This document shows positions 30,635 through 42,800 of a DNA stretch of 64,000 nucleotides, piece by piece. This stretch comes from an uncultured Acidobacteriota bacterium. GTDB taxonomy: Bacteria; Acidobacteriota; Blastocatellia; RBC074. Under the pieces are notes generated by a model. It saw only the letters and a list, made by a program, of their open reading frames with translations, was not told the DNA's origin and did no database searches. Position 1 is the stretch's first letter; every line of letters starts with the position of its first letter. The position numbers and the translations under genes are program-made. The stretch spans positions 2,592,001 through 2,656,000 of the forward strand of contig CAWCKY010000006.1 of assembly GCA_963796275.1 (NCBI GenBank). The letters run 5' to 3'.

Positions 30635-31743
30635 GAGATGCGAGACTATTGATTCTGTTGGATTTTAATTTGCACACGCTACATTTAGTTGGGCGTCGCA
30701 AAAGCTTGAAGCCATACCTGTTTGTGTTGACACTCGTATTCGCCATCTCAAAGATACATAAGGGCGTACCCACTTTTTGAGCTATTCGATAAAACCTGTG
30801 AATTCATCGCCCGAGGAAGAATCGCCATGCATCTCGCCCCACTGTGTAACAAAGCTCTGTCTTGCGGGCGAGCTGAGAGGACGCATTATATCTGAAAATG
30901 AAGGTGCAGCGATCGATTTGTATGGCTGGTTGGAGGCTTTGGAACAGATTAGATAGAACCTCATATTTTCTTCACCCGCCTGACCCGACTTATCCGCATA
31001 GATTGATAATGACATTCTATATGAGTAGGTCTAGGCGGTCCTACAGAGCTCTACGAAACAAGCAAAAAATTCGGCAACAAGCCAGACCGGGTAATTTAGG
31101 TTCTAGGTTTTTGCGTCGCCGCCAAATGCCTGTTCCTGCATTTTCAATATACGACATTGCACACTGCTGATTGATCATATTGCTAAGTTCGGAATAGATT
31201 CCCGATAAATGAGGAGGGGCGCTTTTATCAGTTAGCATCTTTGTCGGCCGACCCTTCGCATAATTTTAACAATTGTTCGGCCGGCGGCAACGCCTCTTTG
31301 AGTTAACTGCACTTCCAAAAAAGATCGCCTTGACACCCGCTTTGTCCGAAGCCTAGCATTGTAAGCTGGCCCGCTGCCTCGGCACGTGAGGTTCGGCGGA
31401 CGCCGAGATGTCCTTCTGCACTTCGACTCCAGCTGCTATGCGGTGGTTTACTTCCCGGATAGCGACATCTCTCCCAACACCCTCCAATGCACCGAGCACA
31501 TCAGCCGGCATCACCCCAACAGAGAGGAGCACAATGACTCGACCACTATCGGTGAACGACGAACTCCCGCGTGACATCGAGTGAAGGTACGCACTTCGCG
31601 GATGTTACCGGCTCGATCTGAGCGGCATGATCTGTCTGCAAATTGACGCAGATATTCAATAACGCGAGCCGTGTGGTGCTGGTTGCCGCTCACATTCAAC
31701 AAATCTGACTTTCGATTCAGATGAACGCTAAGGAGGAAGAAAC

Positions 31744-32682
31744 ATGGCAAATCCGATTCTGGTCACCGGCGCGGCGGGCCGCGTCGGCGGGATAGGGCGG
31801 ACGGTCACCGAACTATTGTTGAAGCAAGGCAAAGCGGTGCGTGCGATGGTGCGAAATGAAGACGAACGCGCGCAGGCGTTGCGCGACCTGGGTGCGGATG
31901 TCGTAGTCGGCAATCTCCTCGATCTCGAATCGATGCATAGGGTGATTGCCGGCTGCGAGACGATGTACTTCGGCATGTCGGTTTCGGATGCCTATTTGGC
32001 CGCGACGGTCAATGTGGCGGCGGTGGCGAAGCATCACGGCGTGAAGGCGTTCATCAATATGTCGCAGATGACGCTCTCACAGATGAGCATTACCGAAACC
32101 ACATCAAGCCCGCAGCACAAGCTGCACTGGCTCGCCGAGCAGGCGCTGAACTGGTCCGGTCTGCCGGTAGTGCACGTGCGGCCGACCGTATTTCTCGATG
32201 GCTTCTTCCTGATTTTCACTTCGGATTCGGTGAAGGAATCGAATCAGCTCAGACTGCCCTTCGGCGAGGGCAAGACTTCGCCGGTCGCAGCGGAAGACGT
32301 TGCACGTGTGGTCGCCTCGCTGCTCGCCAATCCGCAGCCGCACATCGGTAATATCTATCACCTGACCGGCCCGCAGTCCGAGAACATGTATTTTTATGCA
32401 CAGGAGTATTCGAAGGCGCTTGGTCGCACGATCACTTTTCAGGACATCCCGGTCGAGCCGTGGCGGGACGGGCTGCTCAAGGGCGGCTTGCCGGTCCACC
32501 TGGTGAACCATCTTGTGACGATGGCCGATCTGCATCGCGCGGGACGCTATGATCGGATGTCGGACGACGTGTTCACGCTAACGGGGCAAGGGCCGCTGAG
32601 CTTGCAGGATTTCGTCAGGAAGAATGCGGCGAAATTCACCGCGTCGGCAAAAGAGGTCGGTGAAAGAGCCGACGGTTGGTAG
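31744..32682 (+). CDS. NmrA-family NAD(P)H-binding protein
   Basis: RBS aggagg; ILVTGAAGRVGGIG Rossmann motif; HKLHWLAEQALNWSGLPVVHVRPT. Confidence 0.9.
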   Translation: MANPILVTGAAGRVGGIGRTVTELLLKQGKAVRAMVRNEDERAQALRDLGADVVVGNLLDLESMHRVIAGCETMYFGMSVSDAYLAATVNVAAVAKHHGVKAFINMSQMTLSQMSITETTSSPQHKLHWLAEQALNWSGLPVVHVRPTVFLDGFFLIFTSDSVKESNQLRLPFGEGKTSPVAAEDVARVVASLLANPQPHIGNIYHLTGPQSENMYFYAQEYSKALGRTITFQDIPVEPWRDGLLKGGLPVHLVNHLVTMADLHRAGRYDRMSDDVFTLTGQGPLSLQDFVRKNAAKFTASAKEVGERADGW

Positions 32683-32970
32683 ATAAAGTTGGTAGATAAA
32701 GAGGACGCGAATGTAGCGAGAAGTGCTTTCAACAATGACTGAAAATTCACAGGGGGAGTTACGGCAACGCCGATGTGATCGTCGTTGAAGGGCACAGTTA
32801 CCAAGTGAGCCACTCCGGCTAGGATGTGACTGACGGCCATGGACGGATTGTTTTTGCGCACTTCGAGCGCCTGCGGCAGCGCCGCGGTCACGATCAAATC
32901 AAGGTCCATCTGGGAGAGTTCGGCTGCCTGCCTCACCAAAACGACAAGGTCAATGGTGTTAAACCTCATT

Positions 32971-34251
32971 TTAAGGTAATGAGGCATTTGACTTGAATAC
33001 TTTGCCGTCTTTCATCACAAAGGTAACTGTTTTAAGCGTAGTTATGTTGTCGAGCGGATTGTTAGTGGTCGCGATGATGTCAGCTTTCATCCCTGAACGA
33101 ATCGCGCCCCGCTCCTTTTCAAGGCCGAGTAGACGTGCCGCATTCGTGGTCAGTGCTTGTAAAATCACCCTCGGAGGAATGCCCGCCTCAACCCAATTAT
33201 CAATTGTTTCGATCGATAATCTCCCGCGCGAATACTCTTTAGTTGTGAAAATCACGTCGGGACCGTGGACCAGGGTGACCCCAATTTTGTACGCACGCAT
33301 GACTGGATCGATAAACCATTTCTCGTTGAACGGCTTGTTGGCCCCTGGCGTCTTGAATTCAATCGCCTTTATCTCCGTAAATGGTATCGGGACCAGCGCC
33401 ACACCATTGCGTTTGGCGATCTCCAGTGACTCATTTGAAATGGCGACCCCATGCTCAATAGAAGCAACACCCGCTTCCGCCGCATTGCGCGCGCCTGCCT
33501 CAGTCCAACAATGAGCCGCGACCCGCAACCCAGCGCGAGCAGCCTCTTCAATCACAAAGCGTATATCATCAACTGAGTAGATATATCGTTGATCATCAAC
33601 CACTATTTTGATGACACGCGCTCCGTAATGAATGTTCTCGCGAATCGCTTTCTTCAATTCATCGCGGGTGTCAGCATAAAAATACTCGGGGTTACCGAGG
33701 CCCGGTTTTTCAGGCTGCAGCTGAAACTGTCCACCGAAAGGGGCAATAATGCGCCCTGCGTTGATAATTGTCGGTCCCGGCACCCAGCCTTCCTCAATCG
33801 CGCGACGCAGAGCTGTGTCCGCATAATTGCCCGCATTGCCAATATCGCGGACTGTAGTAAACCCTGCCTCAAGCATCGTGCGTGCATTACCAGCGCCCTG
33901 TAGCGCACGGTAAGCCGTCGAATCAATCAGTGTGGTGTAGTAGTAATTTCCGCCATCGCGACTACGCCGAGTCGTCATACAGAGATGCGTGTGCGCGTCA
34001 AACAAACCTGGCAGCACCGTTTGTTTGGACAAGTCAATTACTGTTGCATTCTCAGGTATCTTGAGATCAGGGCCGACAGATTTAATAGTTTGTCCTTCTA
34101 TCAGAATTATTTGGTTGGCAGCAACTGTCGCAGATTCTGGGTCAACCAATTTACCGGCCTTAATAGCAATGACCTGCGCATGTCCTATTAGAGAAAGGAC
34201 GGCAAGTTGTACAGTCACAAGAGCTGTCCGAATTATATTTTTGAGCTTCAT
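32971..34251 (-). CDS. Amidohydrolase family protein (Xaa-Pro dipeptidase-like), secreted
   Basis: Signal peptide from MKLKNII; VLPGLFDAHTH, GFTTVRDIG, VAAH, SIEHG and ADIIA. Confidence 0.9.
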   Translation of the reverse strand: MKLKNIIRTALVTVQLAVLSLIGHAQVIAIKAGKLVDPESATVAANQIILIEGQTIKSVGPDLKIPENATVIDLSKQTVLPGLFDAHTHLCMTTRRSRDGGNYYYTTLIDSTAYRALQGAGNARTMLEAGFTTVRDIGNAGNYADTALRRAIEEGWVPGPTIINAGRIIAPFGGQFQLQPEKPGLGNPEYFYADTRDELKKAIRENIHYGARVIKIVVDDQRYIYSVDDIRFVIEEAARAGLRVAAHCWTEAGARNAAEAGVASIEHGVAISNESLEIAKRNGVALVPIPFTEIKAIEFKTPGANKPFNEKWFIDPVMRAYKIGVTLVHGPDVIFTTKEYSRGRLSIETIDNWVEAGIPPRVILQALTTNAARLLGLEKERGAIRSGMKADIIATTNNPLDNITTLKTVTFVMKDGKVFKSNASLP

Positions 34252-34409
34252 ATTTTCCTTTATGCGTCGAAGGCGCCTAACGATCATAATCATCCGCTCG
34301 AACAAGTTGTCAGCGGCTTACTGTATTTATCGCCCCGGCCCTACGTCCATTCCATCATAGACTGCTCTGCAAGTGGCTGCGAGACGGTTAAGTTATCCTT
34401 TTCAGTCGA

Positions 34410-34750
34410 ATAATGAAGTCGGCTTGTGTGTTATCCTGACGACGCTCCGTTCAGCTGTCGTATCGGCGCAAAAACCAACTACGGGCTACGCGCCGGTCAA
34501 CGGACTCAAAATGTACTACGAAGTCCACGGAAGCGGCGAACCTGTGGTGTTGCTCCACGGCTCGTTCATGACAATTTCAAACAACTGGAACCGAGTGGAG
34601 CGGCGAACTTTCCAAAACTCGGATAGTAATTGCCTTCGCAATGCAGGGCCGCGGGTGCACGGCAGACATCAAACGCGACTTCAACTATGAACCCTCGCAG
34701 ACGATGTGGCTGGGCTGCTCGATTATTTCAAAATCCCAAGCATGGACCTT
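34410..34750 (+). pseudogene. Alpha/beta hydrolase 5' remnant
   Basis: [27 protein letters not shown], then after frameshifts [38 protein letters not shown]; truncated. Confidence 0.75.
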
Positions 34751-34763
34751 GACTTCTTTAACC

Positions 34764-34816
34764 AAAAAAGAAGACCAAAAAATCACAAATATTTGCGAAT
34801 TTTGGTCTTCTTTTTG
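34764..34816. repeat. A/T-skewed hairpin downstream of phoD (terminator or REP-like)
   Basis: aaaaagaagaccaaaa pairs perfectly with ttttggtcttcttttt; inner caaat/atttg. Confidence 0.6.
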
Positions 34817-34838
34817 ATTTTTGTATTTTTGTGATGAA

Positions 34839-36431
34839 TTATGCAGTTCGTACTGCACCCGGAGTGCCGTCTTCGACCACGAATGAAGCACGTGTTGTGA
34901 TCGGCTCGTCTGGCGTAGTCACTGCCGCAACGATGCGATAGTCGGTTTGCCATTGATGCGGGGTAAGCTTACAGAGCACATAACCGCGCCGTGCGTTATA
35001 GAATTTGATGTGCGGATTCTCTGGCAGTTGCCGTTCGACAGTCGCATTGGAATCCGCTCCGTTTCCTCCTGAACTGATAGAGGTACCGACGAACTCGGTG
35101 GCAACGACCGGTGAATTCGGATCATCGAAATTGGTCTTGAGATCGTGAACCCAGCTTGCGTGTATGTCTCCTGTCAAAACGACTGGATTCGAAGGTTTGC
35201 ATTCATTGAGGTAATTAAGCAGACGATAGAGCCCCGCCGGATAGGCGTTCCACTGGTCCATGCTGATTGCCTGGTCTGGCCCGGTCGCCGAATCATATCT
35301 GCCCATCATGACCTGCTGGGCGAGGATATTCCACTTCGCCTTCGATTTGTCGAGGTTGTGGAATAGCCAACTCTCCTGCTCATCGCCCAGCATTGTCGCT
35401 TCAGGATTGAATACCTCATCGCATAAAGGTTTGGTGCCGTCGCCGCACGGTTGATTGGTGCGATACTGTCTGGTATCGAGAACGTTAAACTCGGCTAAAT
35501 CGCCAAACCTCACGCGGCGATACAGCAGCATGTCAGGACCTTGCGGTAGTGAGCGGCGACGAAGCGGCATATGTTCGTAGTAGGCCTGATAGGCGCGCGC
35601 GCGACGCTCGAGAAATTCCTCGGGCGGTACGCTATTTTCCGGTATGTCATTGGCGTAATTGTTTTCGACTTCGTGATCGTCCCAGGTCACTAGCCAGGGA
35701 AATAAAGCATGCGCACGCTGCAGATCCGGATCGCCTTTATAGAGCGCGAAGCGGTTCCGGTAGTCATCGAGCGTCATAATCTCCGGACTGTTGTGTTGTC
35801 GCAATGCATTTGCATTCACGCCGCCCTCGTAGATGTAGTCGCCAAGGTGGACGACCAGATCGAGGTCCTCCTCCGCCATTCGCCGATAAGGTGTGTAGTA
35901 GCCCGTTTCATAATGCTGACACGAGGCGAAGGCGAAAGCGAATTGATCGACGCAAGCGTTGAATGCAGGTGCTGTGCGCGTGCGTCCGATCGGACTGACG
36001 GCAGATCCGACACAGAAGCGGTACCAGTACCAGTGCGCCGGCTTCAGACCGTGCACTTCTACGTGTATTGAATGGCCGAATTCAGGGTGCGCATATGCCC
36101 AGCCGCGCTTAACCACTCTGCGCATCCCCTCGTCCGAAGCGACTTCCCATTTGACTATTACAGGATTGGGCGGCATCCCACCGCCGTTGAGCGGATCGGG
36201 CGCCAGCCTCGTCCAGAGCACGACTCCGTTAGGCAGCGGGTCACCCGATGCTACACCGAGCCTGAATGGATCTGTGGTAAAAGTTGGTGTGACTGTTTGC
36301 GTCTGTAATTGGATTTGCCCGGTCACAGCCAGGCCAGAAAATGCGGCCGCACTAAACAGAAAGCTACGACGGTCGATTGTGTATCTATTCCTTGATGGAA
36401 CAAAGTCGTTGGTTATCGAATTTTTTTTCAT
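34839..36431 (-). CDS. phoD: Alkaline phosphatase D, Tat-exported
   Basis: DRRSFL Tat motif; [43 protein letters not shown] and LTGDIH. Confidence 0.93.
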   Translation of the reverse strand: MKKNSITNDFVPSRNRYTIDRRSFLFSAAAFSGLAVTGQIQLQTQTVTPTFTTDPFRLGVASGDPLPNGVVLWTRLAPDPLNGGGMPPNPVIVKWEVASDEGMRRVVKRGWAYAHPEFGHSIHVEVHGLKPAHWYWYRFCVGSAVSPIGRTRTAPAFNACVDQFAFAFASCQHYETGYYTPYRRMAEEDLDLVVHLGDYIYEGGVNANALRQHNSPEIMTLDDYRNRFALYKGDPDLQRAHALFPWLVTWDDHEVENNYANDIPENSVPPEEFLERRARAYQAYYEHMPLRRRSLPQGPDMLLYRRVRFGDLAEFNVLDTRQYRTNQPCGDGTKPLCDEVFNPEATMLGDEQESWLFHNLDKSKAKWNILAQQVMMGRYDSATGPDQAISMDQWNAYPAGLYRLLNYLNECKPSNPVVLTGDIHASWVHDLKTNFDDPNSPVVATEFVGTSISSGGNGADSNATVERQLPENPHIKFYNARRGYVLCKLTPHQWQTDYRIVAAVTTPDEPITTRASFVVEDGTPGAVRTA

Positions 36432-36709
36432 AAGATTCTCTCCCGACAAGTACACAGTGGTTATAAAGTACGGAGCGACCAGGGATTTATCCCGTAGATA
36501 CCCCGTTAGATCCATGCTGATTCGCCGAGTCCTGGAGAATTTGCACTATTATTTATTTGTATAGATATTGATCAGGTTCTTGGAAATTTACATTATGCAG
36601 CATGTGTATTAAGTTCAGGTAAGCTTTCCACCAATCTTTCATTTTTTGTTTCTACATAACACAAAGTTGAGATCGGCGTACTGTCAGTATTTTTGAAAAT
36701 CATGATGTT

Positions 36710-36885
<176 letters not shown>

Positions 36886-36903
36886 TGCAGCCGATAGTAA
36901 TTG

Positions 36904-36943
36904 CCGATGGGAGCCGGAGAAATCCGATGGGAGCCGGAGAAAT
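36904..36943 (+). repeat. Perfect 20-bp tandem duplication
   Basis: ccgatgggagccggagaaat x2. Confidence 0.9.
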
Positions 36944-37040
36944 AATGAAACGAATTCATCTGATTATGGACGCCTGGCCGCATTGATCGCTCTTCTGCGA
37001 TATAACTTGCTCCCGTGTCAACCTCCGTCGCAGCTTCCAA

Positions 37041-39641
37041 TCAAGGCCGCACCCGAACCAAACCCTCCGTCCACTCGCGCAACTGCTTCCCGCCCAACTC
37101 AATATCCGCCGTAATCACACACAGCCCCTCACCCGCAGCCGCAAACACTGCCCGCGCCGAGCCCTCCTTCCGAGGCCCGATCGTCACCTTCTCGTCCGCT
37201 TTAACAACACGCCACCCGGAAGGCACATTCCACTTCACCCGGTAGGTCTCCGTCTTCGCCGAATGGTTCAAAATCCGAACCTGAATCGGAACACGCTCAC
37301 CGCTGCGCACCTCACTGCCATAAGGCGCCACAGCCGCCCAGCTCTCGTCGATCGCATAATTCAGCTCGGGCCACGGAGCCAGTTCCTGCAGAATCGCCAT
37401 CCGTTTCCGCAGTTCCGAACGCATCCGTGCCGATTGCTCCGCCGAGAACCGGAACATCGGCTCCACGTGCTGGTTAATCATCCACAACGGCGCGTCCTTC
37501 TCGAGCCGTTCCAACAACTCCAGGCAATACAGAAATCCCTCACCCTCCCGCGCAAAATCGCGGTTTTGCAAGCAGTAATCATCAATGCCCGACGGCGTAA
37601 AGGAATCTCCCACGAAGAACAGCTTCTCGCCGCCGTCTCTCTCCACCAGAAGCCCGCCGTGGTACAGCGTCTGCCCTGGAAAATCGAAGAAGGTCAGCTC
37701 GAACTCGTGCCAGCGCATCCCACTGCCATCCGCCTGGGGCTTCCCCGACGTAATCGGATTCTCAGTGAGACACGGCAGCCGGTAGTGCGACGGGCGCTCC
37801 AGCACATCGCGCATCCGCTGCGTAAAATAGACCGGACACGCGAACCGGTTGGCGATAGTCTGCGCGTAGTCAGTGTGGTCGTCGTGGTAATGCGTGATCC
37901 ATATCCCCTGCACGCGATCTGCTTCCTGCAGCCTTGTGAGCAGCCCCTTGAACCCTGCATCTACCAGAAACCCTGCGCCTGTTCGCGAAACCAGCAGCCG
38001 CGAATTTCCGATTGCTTTCACCCAATCGGGCAGGGGACGTTGCTCCCCCATCGGCATCGAATCGACGGCTCGGCCATCCATCGCCCTTCGTGATCGGATC
38101 CGCAAGCTCTCCTCGCCCCAATACCAACGCAGCGCATCCGTAGCGAAGTGGCTCGCCATCAGCCCCTGCAAGCGCGTGATCAATCGCTCGATAGCCTGTT
38201 GTGGATTCTCGATCAACGGTCCCCGAGCCGGCACCAATACATCCGGCTTTCGATCTGCGATCTTCCGCAGGCTCTCGATCAAATCCCCCGCTCGTGCGGC
38301 ATAGCCGTGATACCCGCGCGTCTTGGATTCAGGAATTGCGTCCTGCAAACTCGAAACATCGAACAACTGTCCGTCGCCATAGATGAGGTCACCCGTGCAA
38401 GCAATCCGTTTGCCGCCCGACTCGATCCAGTACGATACAGCCCCTGCCGTGTATCCCGGCGTATCGATTACCTCGACCCTCACGCCGTCCAGGTCGAGCA
38501 TCTCACCGCCGCGGACAGCACGCGACACGCGAACCGGCTCGCGCAAAACCTTGGTATTCACCTGCGAATAATCATGGAAACGGCCGCTCCAGTACGACTC
38601 CCAAAACGAAGCCGGATTCTCAAACAGCGAGCGCTCCCGCTCCGGCACAACCGCTGCCGACCCATCCCTCACCAGCGCCGTGCCCGCCCACACCACGTCG
38701 CGCCTTGCATGAGTAAACAGCACGTGCGAAGCCTCCTTCACCCGCCCGCCTGTATCGCCGTACACCAGCACCCTGCCATTCACCAGCAGCCCATTCACCG
38801 GACCCTGCAAGAACCGCACACCCGACGGCAGCTCCGCCGATTGCAGCCTAACACCAGTCTTCGGAGGCTGTTGGGACAGGTTGCTCGCCACCAGGTTCAT
38901 ATCCGCCCGAGCTTCGGCGATTGACGTCTGTGGCTTCAATCGACCCACGGCAGCGAACGCATCAGGCACCCTCCAGTTCGGGCAGTAAGGGCCCTTCCAG
39001 AGCGGGTCTGCGGTATTTAGTAACCAGAAAGGCGCCTCCTTGAATGGAAACTGCCAGCACTCCGGCATCACGCCAATGATCTGTGCACTTCGTTTATCGA
39101 AACTGATGCTTTTACCCAGGACATCGGGCGCGCCGCCAAATCGGTTCTGCCGGTAACCGTTACTCAGGACGGAGAGGTTTTGGCCGAGCTCACTATCCCT
39201 GGGCGAGAATGTTCGCCCGATAACCGGCGTAAATGCCATCACCGAGGAAAAATTGGCGCTGACCACGGCGGCCTGAGCCAGCTCTGCCTGATCGCCGTTT
39301 TTCAATGTTACCTCCGCCGCTTCCGGTCGAAAGTACAGACCCATGTCCACAAAAATGTGGTTGTTATCCCTCCAGTCTCTGAAGTTCGGGTAGGATGTCC
39401 AATCCCGCTCCAGCCCCTTCTTCGGAACCGATTTCCAGTGAAGGCATAACCGATCCGGATCATGATATGGAAGCGGCCTCAACATTGCGGCATAGACTTC
39501 ACTGAAGACTGCCGTACATGCTCCGATTCCGAGCGCGAGCGTGAGGACGGCCATCGCGGTGAATCCGGGATTCCTCACCATCATTCGCAGGCCGTGGCGT
39601 AAATCCTGTGCGAGTGTTTCCAGAGATCTAAAACTCCACAT
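37041..39641 (-). CDS. Chimeric ORF: ADOP/MacB N-terminal TM and periplasmic domain fused to a duplicated MBL-fold hydrolase
   Basis: aa 1-~262 are ADOP-like ([42 protein letters not shown]). The rest has two MBL domains (LFTHARRD..TPGYT.G..GDL; ITHYHDDH..PGQTLYH..GDSF) and a C-terminal beta-sandwich-like domain. Confidence 0.8.
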   Translation of the reverse strand: MWSFRSLETLAQDLRHGLRMMVRNPGFTAMAVLTLALGIGACTAVFSEVYAAMLRPLPYHDPDRLCLHWKSVPKKGLERDWTSYPNFRDWRDNNHIFVDMGLYFRPEAAEVTLKNGDQAELAQAAVVSANFSSVMAFTPVIGRTFSPRDSELGQNLSVLSNGYRQNRFGGAPDVLGKSISFDKRSAQIIGVMPECWQFPFKEAPFWLLNTADPLWKGPYCPNWRVPDAFAAVGRLKPQTSIAEARADMNLVASNLSQQPPKTGVRLQSAELPSGVRFLQGPVNGLLVNGRVLVYGDTGGRVKEASHVLFTHARRDVVWAGTALVRDGSAAVVPERERSLFENPASFWESYWSGRFHDYSQVNTKVLREPVRVSRAVRGGEMLDLDGVRVEVIDTPGYTAGAVSYWIESGGKRIACTGDLIYGDGQLFDVSSLQDAIPESKTRGYHGYAARAGDLIESLRKIADRKPDVLVPARGPLIENPQQAIERLITRLQGLMASHFATDALRWYWGEESLRIRSRRAMDGRAVDSMPMGEQRPLPDWVKAIGNSRLLVSRTGAGFLVDAGFKGLLTRLQEADRVQGIWITHYHDDHTDYAQTIANRFACPVYFTQRMRDVLERPSHYRLPCLTENPITSGKPQADGSGMRWHEFELTFFDFPGQTLYHGGLLVERDGGEKLFFVGDSFTPSGIDDYCLQNRDFAREGEGFLYCLELLERLEKDAPLWMINQHVEPMFRFSAEQSARMRSELRKRMAILQELAPWPELNYAIDESWAAVAPYGSEVRSGERVPIQVRILNHSAKTETYRVKWNVPSGWRVVKADEKVTIGPRKEGSARAVFAAAGEGLCVITADIELGGKQLREWTEGLVRVRP

Positions 39642-39681
39642 GCATTACCTCGATTGGTTATTCCGAACGAACGGGTCGGAC

Positions 39682-42400
39682 TTACTCATCTCTGAGCACG
39701 ACGTTCGGGTCTAGCCGCGATGCGCGCCACGCCGGCAGCCAACTGGCGACCACCGCCACGGCCGTAATCGTCGCGATCACAAAGGCGATCGTCACGATAT
39801 CTGTCGGTTGCACACCAAACAGCAGGGACGCAATCAGCCGATTTACGGCAAGCGCGCCTGCCAGGCCAATGGTGACACCCAGCGCCGTGACCTGAAGCCC
39901 TTGCTTCATGATCTGTGTGAGCACGTGGGAGCGAGCTGCACCGAGGGCGACCCGAATGCCGATCTCGCGCCGGCGCTCCGTCACCATGTAGGAGAGCACA
40001 CCGTAAGTGCCGATGGCTGCCAGTAGCAGCGCCAGTCCGGCAAATGCGCCCAATAGCTGCGCCAGGAGTCTCGGCCGGCGAATCGATTCGGCGAACACCG
40101 AATCCATGTCGCGAAGCCGCACGACGGGAACCGCGGCGTCCACTTCCCGTACCACCCGCTCGATCGTCCCTGACAGTGCGGCCGGTGGCAGAGTCGTCCG
40201 CATCACCACATTCATACTCGGCGGGGAGACACCGTGCTGGTCAAGGGATACGTAAAGTTCAGTTCCTGCCGGGCGCTCCACCCCGCGCTGCCTGACGTCC
40301 TTGGCCACTCCGATCACCGTATGCCAGACATCATCGCTGGCGCCAAACGACCCACCCGGAGGCCGCAGACGCTGGCCAATCGGGTTCTGCCCCTTCCAGA
40401 TCCTTTTCGCCAAAGTCTCATTGACGATGGCCACCTTGCCTTGCGACGCGTTGTCGGTTCGCTCGAAGCCGCGGCCGGCGACGATCGGGATGCCCATCGT
40501 CCCGAAATAGTCGCCCATGACGAATTGGTAGTAGTCGATGATTTCAAAGGGCTTTCCATCGTCGGAGGTGTAGTTCTCGATAGGAGTAGCGATCGCATCG
40601 GGAGTTCGATTCGGCGGCAGACCCGACATGGCAACCGTTCCCAGCACGCCCGGTACGGAGCGAAGCCTGTCGAGGACGCGCTGATATGCCTGCGCGCGTG
40701 TGTCGGGTTCTGAATTCGCCATTGGCAATGTCATCGAGAACGTCACCAGCCGCGACCGGTCAAATCCTGCATCGATCCTCGTGAGGTTGTAGACTGTCTG
40801 AACTAGCAAACCCGCTCCGATAACCAGCATCACCGCGAAAGCGACTTGGGCTATCACGAGTCCACGACGGGCGTAATGACGCCAGGCGCCGCTGGCGCCC
40901 CTTGCGCCCTCCTTGAGCGCAGTCACCATGCTACTCGTTCGCCGCGCGCCCGAGCGACACGAACCCGAAAAGCAGGGCAGTCCCAGTCGAGAGGCCGAGC
41001 GCAACCAGCAAAACGGGCAAATCGATCGTGAGCTCACTCGTCCGCGGGACGCTGGTCGGGTAGGCACGGATCAGCGCCCGCACGCCAGCGCTGGCTAGCC
41101 ACAGACCCAGAATGCCACCGGCTCCAGACATCACCGCTCCTTCGGTTACCGACTGCCGGAGCAGCCGGCCGCGGCTGGCGCCAAGAGCAGCGCGCAGTAC
41201 AAATTCACGTCTGCGTGAACCGGCGCGAGCCATCACCAGGTTCGCAAGATTCGCGCAGACGATGAGCAGCACGAATCCCACGGCGGCCTGCAGAACCCAG
41301 ATCGATCGGCTGGCATTCCCAACGATCGCGTCCTGTAACGCCCGCAATTGGAGCGTGTGGTCTACTGAGCGCAGGGGGCGGTTCGTGGGGACATGGTCTT
41401 TCGCGCCGACACGCTCGCCCCAGTTTTCGAGGAATGCGCTCAGCTCCGTCTGTGCCATCCCAGCGGTGACGCCGTCTTTCAGTCGAGCAATGACGTAGAG
41501 GACGTGGGCCCCGCGTTGCCGTGCCGTATTCGGGTGGAGCCAGAGGGGCAACCAAACCTGAGTGTGGTTATCCATGACGTCGGCCCCGGGCGGCATAATG
41601 CCCACGATTTCGTGGGGCCGGCCCTCGATTTCCACCTTCTGTCCAACGAGTGGTCGTCCTCCAAATGCTGTCCGCCACAATTCGTGCGAGAGAATCGCGA
41701 TCGGTGGCGGTAGGGTCCCGGTCCAGCGGGCGGTTTCTTCGTCGCTGAAAAAGCGTCCCTGCTCCGGCTGAATACTGAGCGCCTTGAGCAAATGTGCATC
41801 GACGGAGATCGAGCGCACCCGCAGAGGTCGATCCGCTGCCGTGATGTTGACCTCGCCGGTTGTGTACGCCGCGCCGCCGGTCGAATAAGCGCCAACCGTC
41901 GCGAACGATTGGTTCATCTGGCGGAACTCGATGTACTCCGGCGCAGAGAGCGCATTTCGGGTGCCCCCAATGGCCGGAGATTCTGCAGTCAGATACATCA
42001 GCTGATCGGGTTTTGGATAGTCGAGGGGCCGCAGCAGCACTGTATTGACCACGCTAAAGATCGCCGTGTTGGCGCCAATGCCGAGCGCAAGTGTGAGCAC
42101 TGTGACAACTGTGAAGCCCTTGTGCTTGAGTAGCATTCGCAGGCCATAGCGTATATCCTGGAGCGTCGTCTCCAACACCAGCAGGCCTCTGCGGTCTCGA
42201 TAGACCTCTTTGACCTGCTCAACCCCGCCAAATTTGCGTAAGGCTGCAGACCGCGCTTCGTCGGGACTCATCCCCTGCCGCTGGTTATCCTCTATTTGCA
42301 GATTGAGATGAGAGCGGATTTCATCCTCCATATCTCGCTCAAGCTTGCGCTTCAGAAATAATCCGCGTAGACGGTGGATGAAGACTCGTAACCAGATCAT
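39682..42400 (-). CDS. ADOP-family duplicated ABC-type permease (MacB-PCD/FtsX x2), split by one frameshift at about 40945
   Basis: N-terminal prefix [30 protein letters not shown]; [13 protein letters not shown]; [11 protein letters not shown]; [14 protein letters not shown]; [10 protein letters not shown]. ORFs 40931-42400 and 39682-41067 overlap in different frames. Confidence 0.88.
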
Positions 42401-42431
42401 ATACTTCCTCCTGAAGGTTCGAGGAATCGGG

Positions 42432-42743
42432 TCAGAATTTCAGATATCTCCGCCAGTTATCTTCTTCAGTCGCAATCTGCTTCCGCCCAGCCCGCGTAAT
42501 CGAGTAATACCGGGCCCGCCGGTTGTTTTCCGACACGCCCACGGAGGATATCCATCCCATCTGATCGAGATGCAAAAGAGCGGTATACATCGTCCACTGG
42601 TTGAGCTGAAAGCGGTCGGCGCTCATCTGTTCAATGCGCCTGGCGATCCCATAGCCGTGCAACGGCCCGAGCGTCTTCTCCAGGGTTTTGAGGATCATCA
42701 GATTGAGAGTTCCGGGAAGCACCGGGTTCTTATTCTGTGGCAT
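42432..42743 (-). CDS. PadR-family transcriptional regulator (Acidobacterial type), possibly degenerate
   Basis: [43 protein letters not shown]. Atypical residues (NQWTMYTAL) and a short C-terminus. Confidence 0.85.
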   Translation of the reverse strand: MPQNKNPVLPGTLNLMILKTLEKTLGPLHGYGIARRIEQMSADRFQLNQWTMYTALLHLDQMGWISSVGVSENNRRARYYSITRAGRKQIATEEDNWRRYLKF

Positions 42744-42750
42744 ACTTCTC

Positions 42751-42800
42751 CTGTTGGTGAGCAACAGAAATTTAAACCAAGTCCTGTTGATAGTCAACAT
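42751..42800 (-). promoter_or_regulatory. Sigma70-like promoter with two CTGTTG-N5-CAACA(G/T) operators
   Basis: Minus strand TTGACT-17-TAAATT; palindromes at 42751-42767 and 42784-42800. Confidence 0.75.

Noticed and set aside
32830-32970. AAELSQMDLDLIVTAALPQAL as an ABC substrate-binding protein fragment
   Set aside because: Short and only suggestive.
36540-36700. Pho box upstream of phoD
   Set aside because: AT-rich, but no clear 11-bp-periodic direct repeats.
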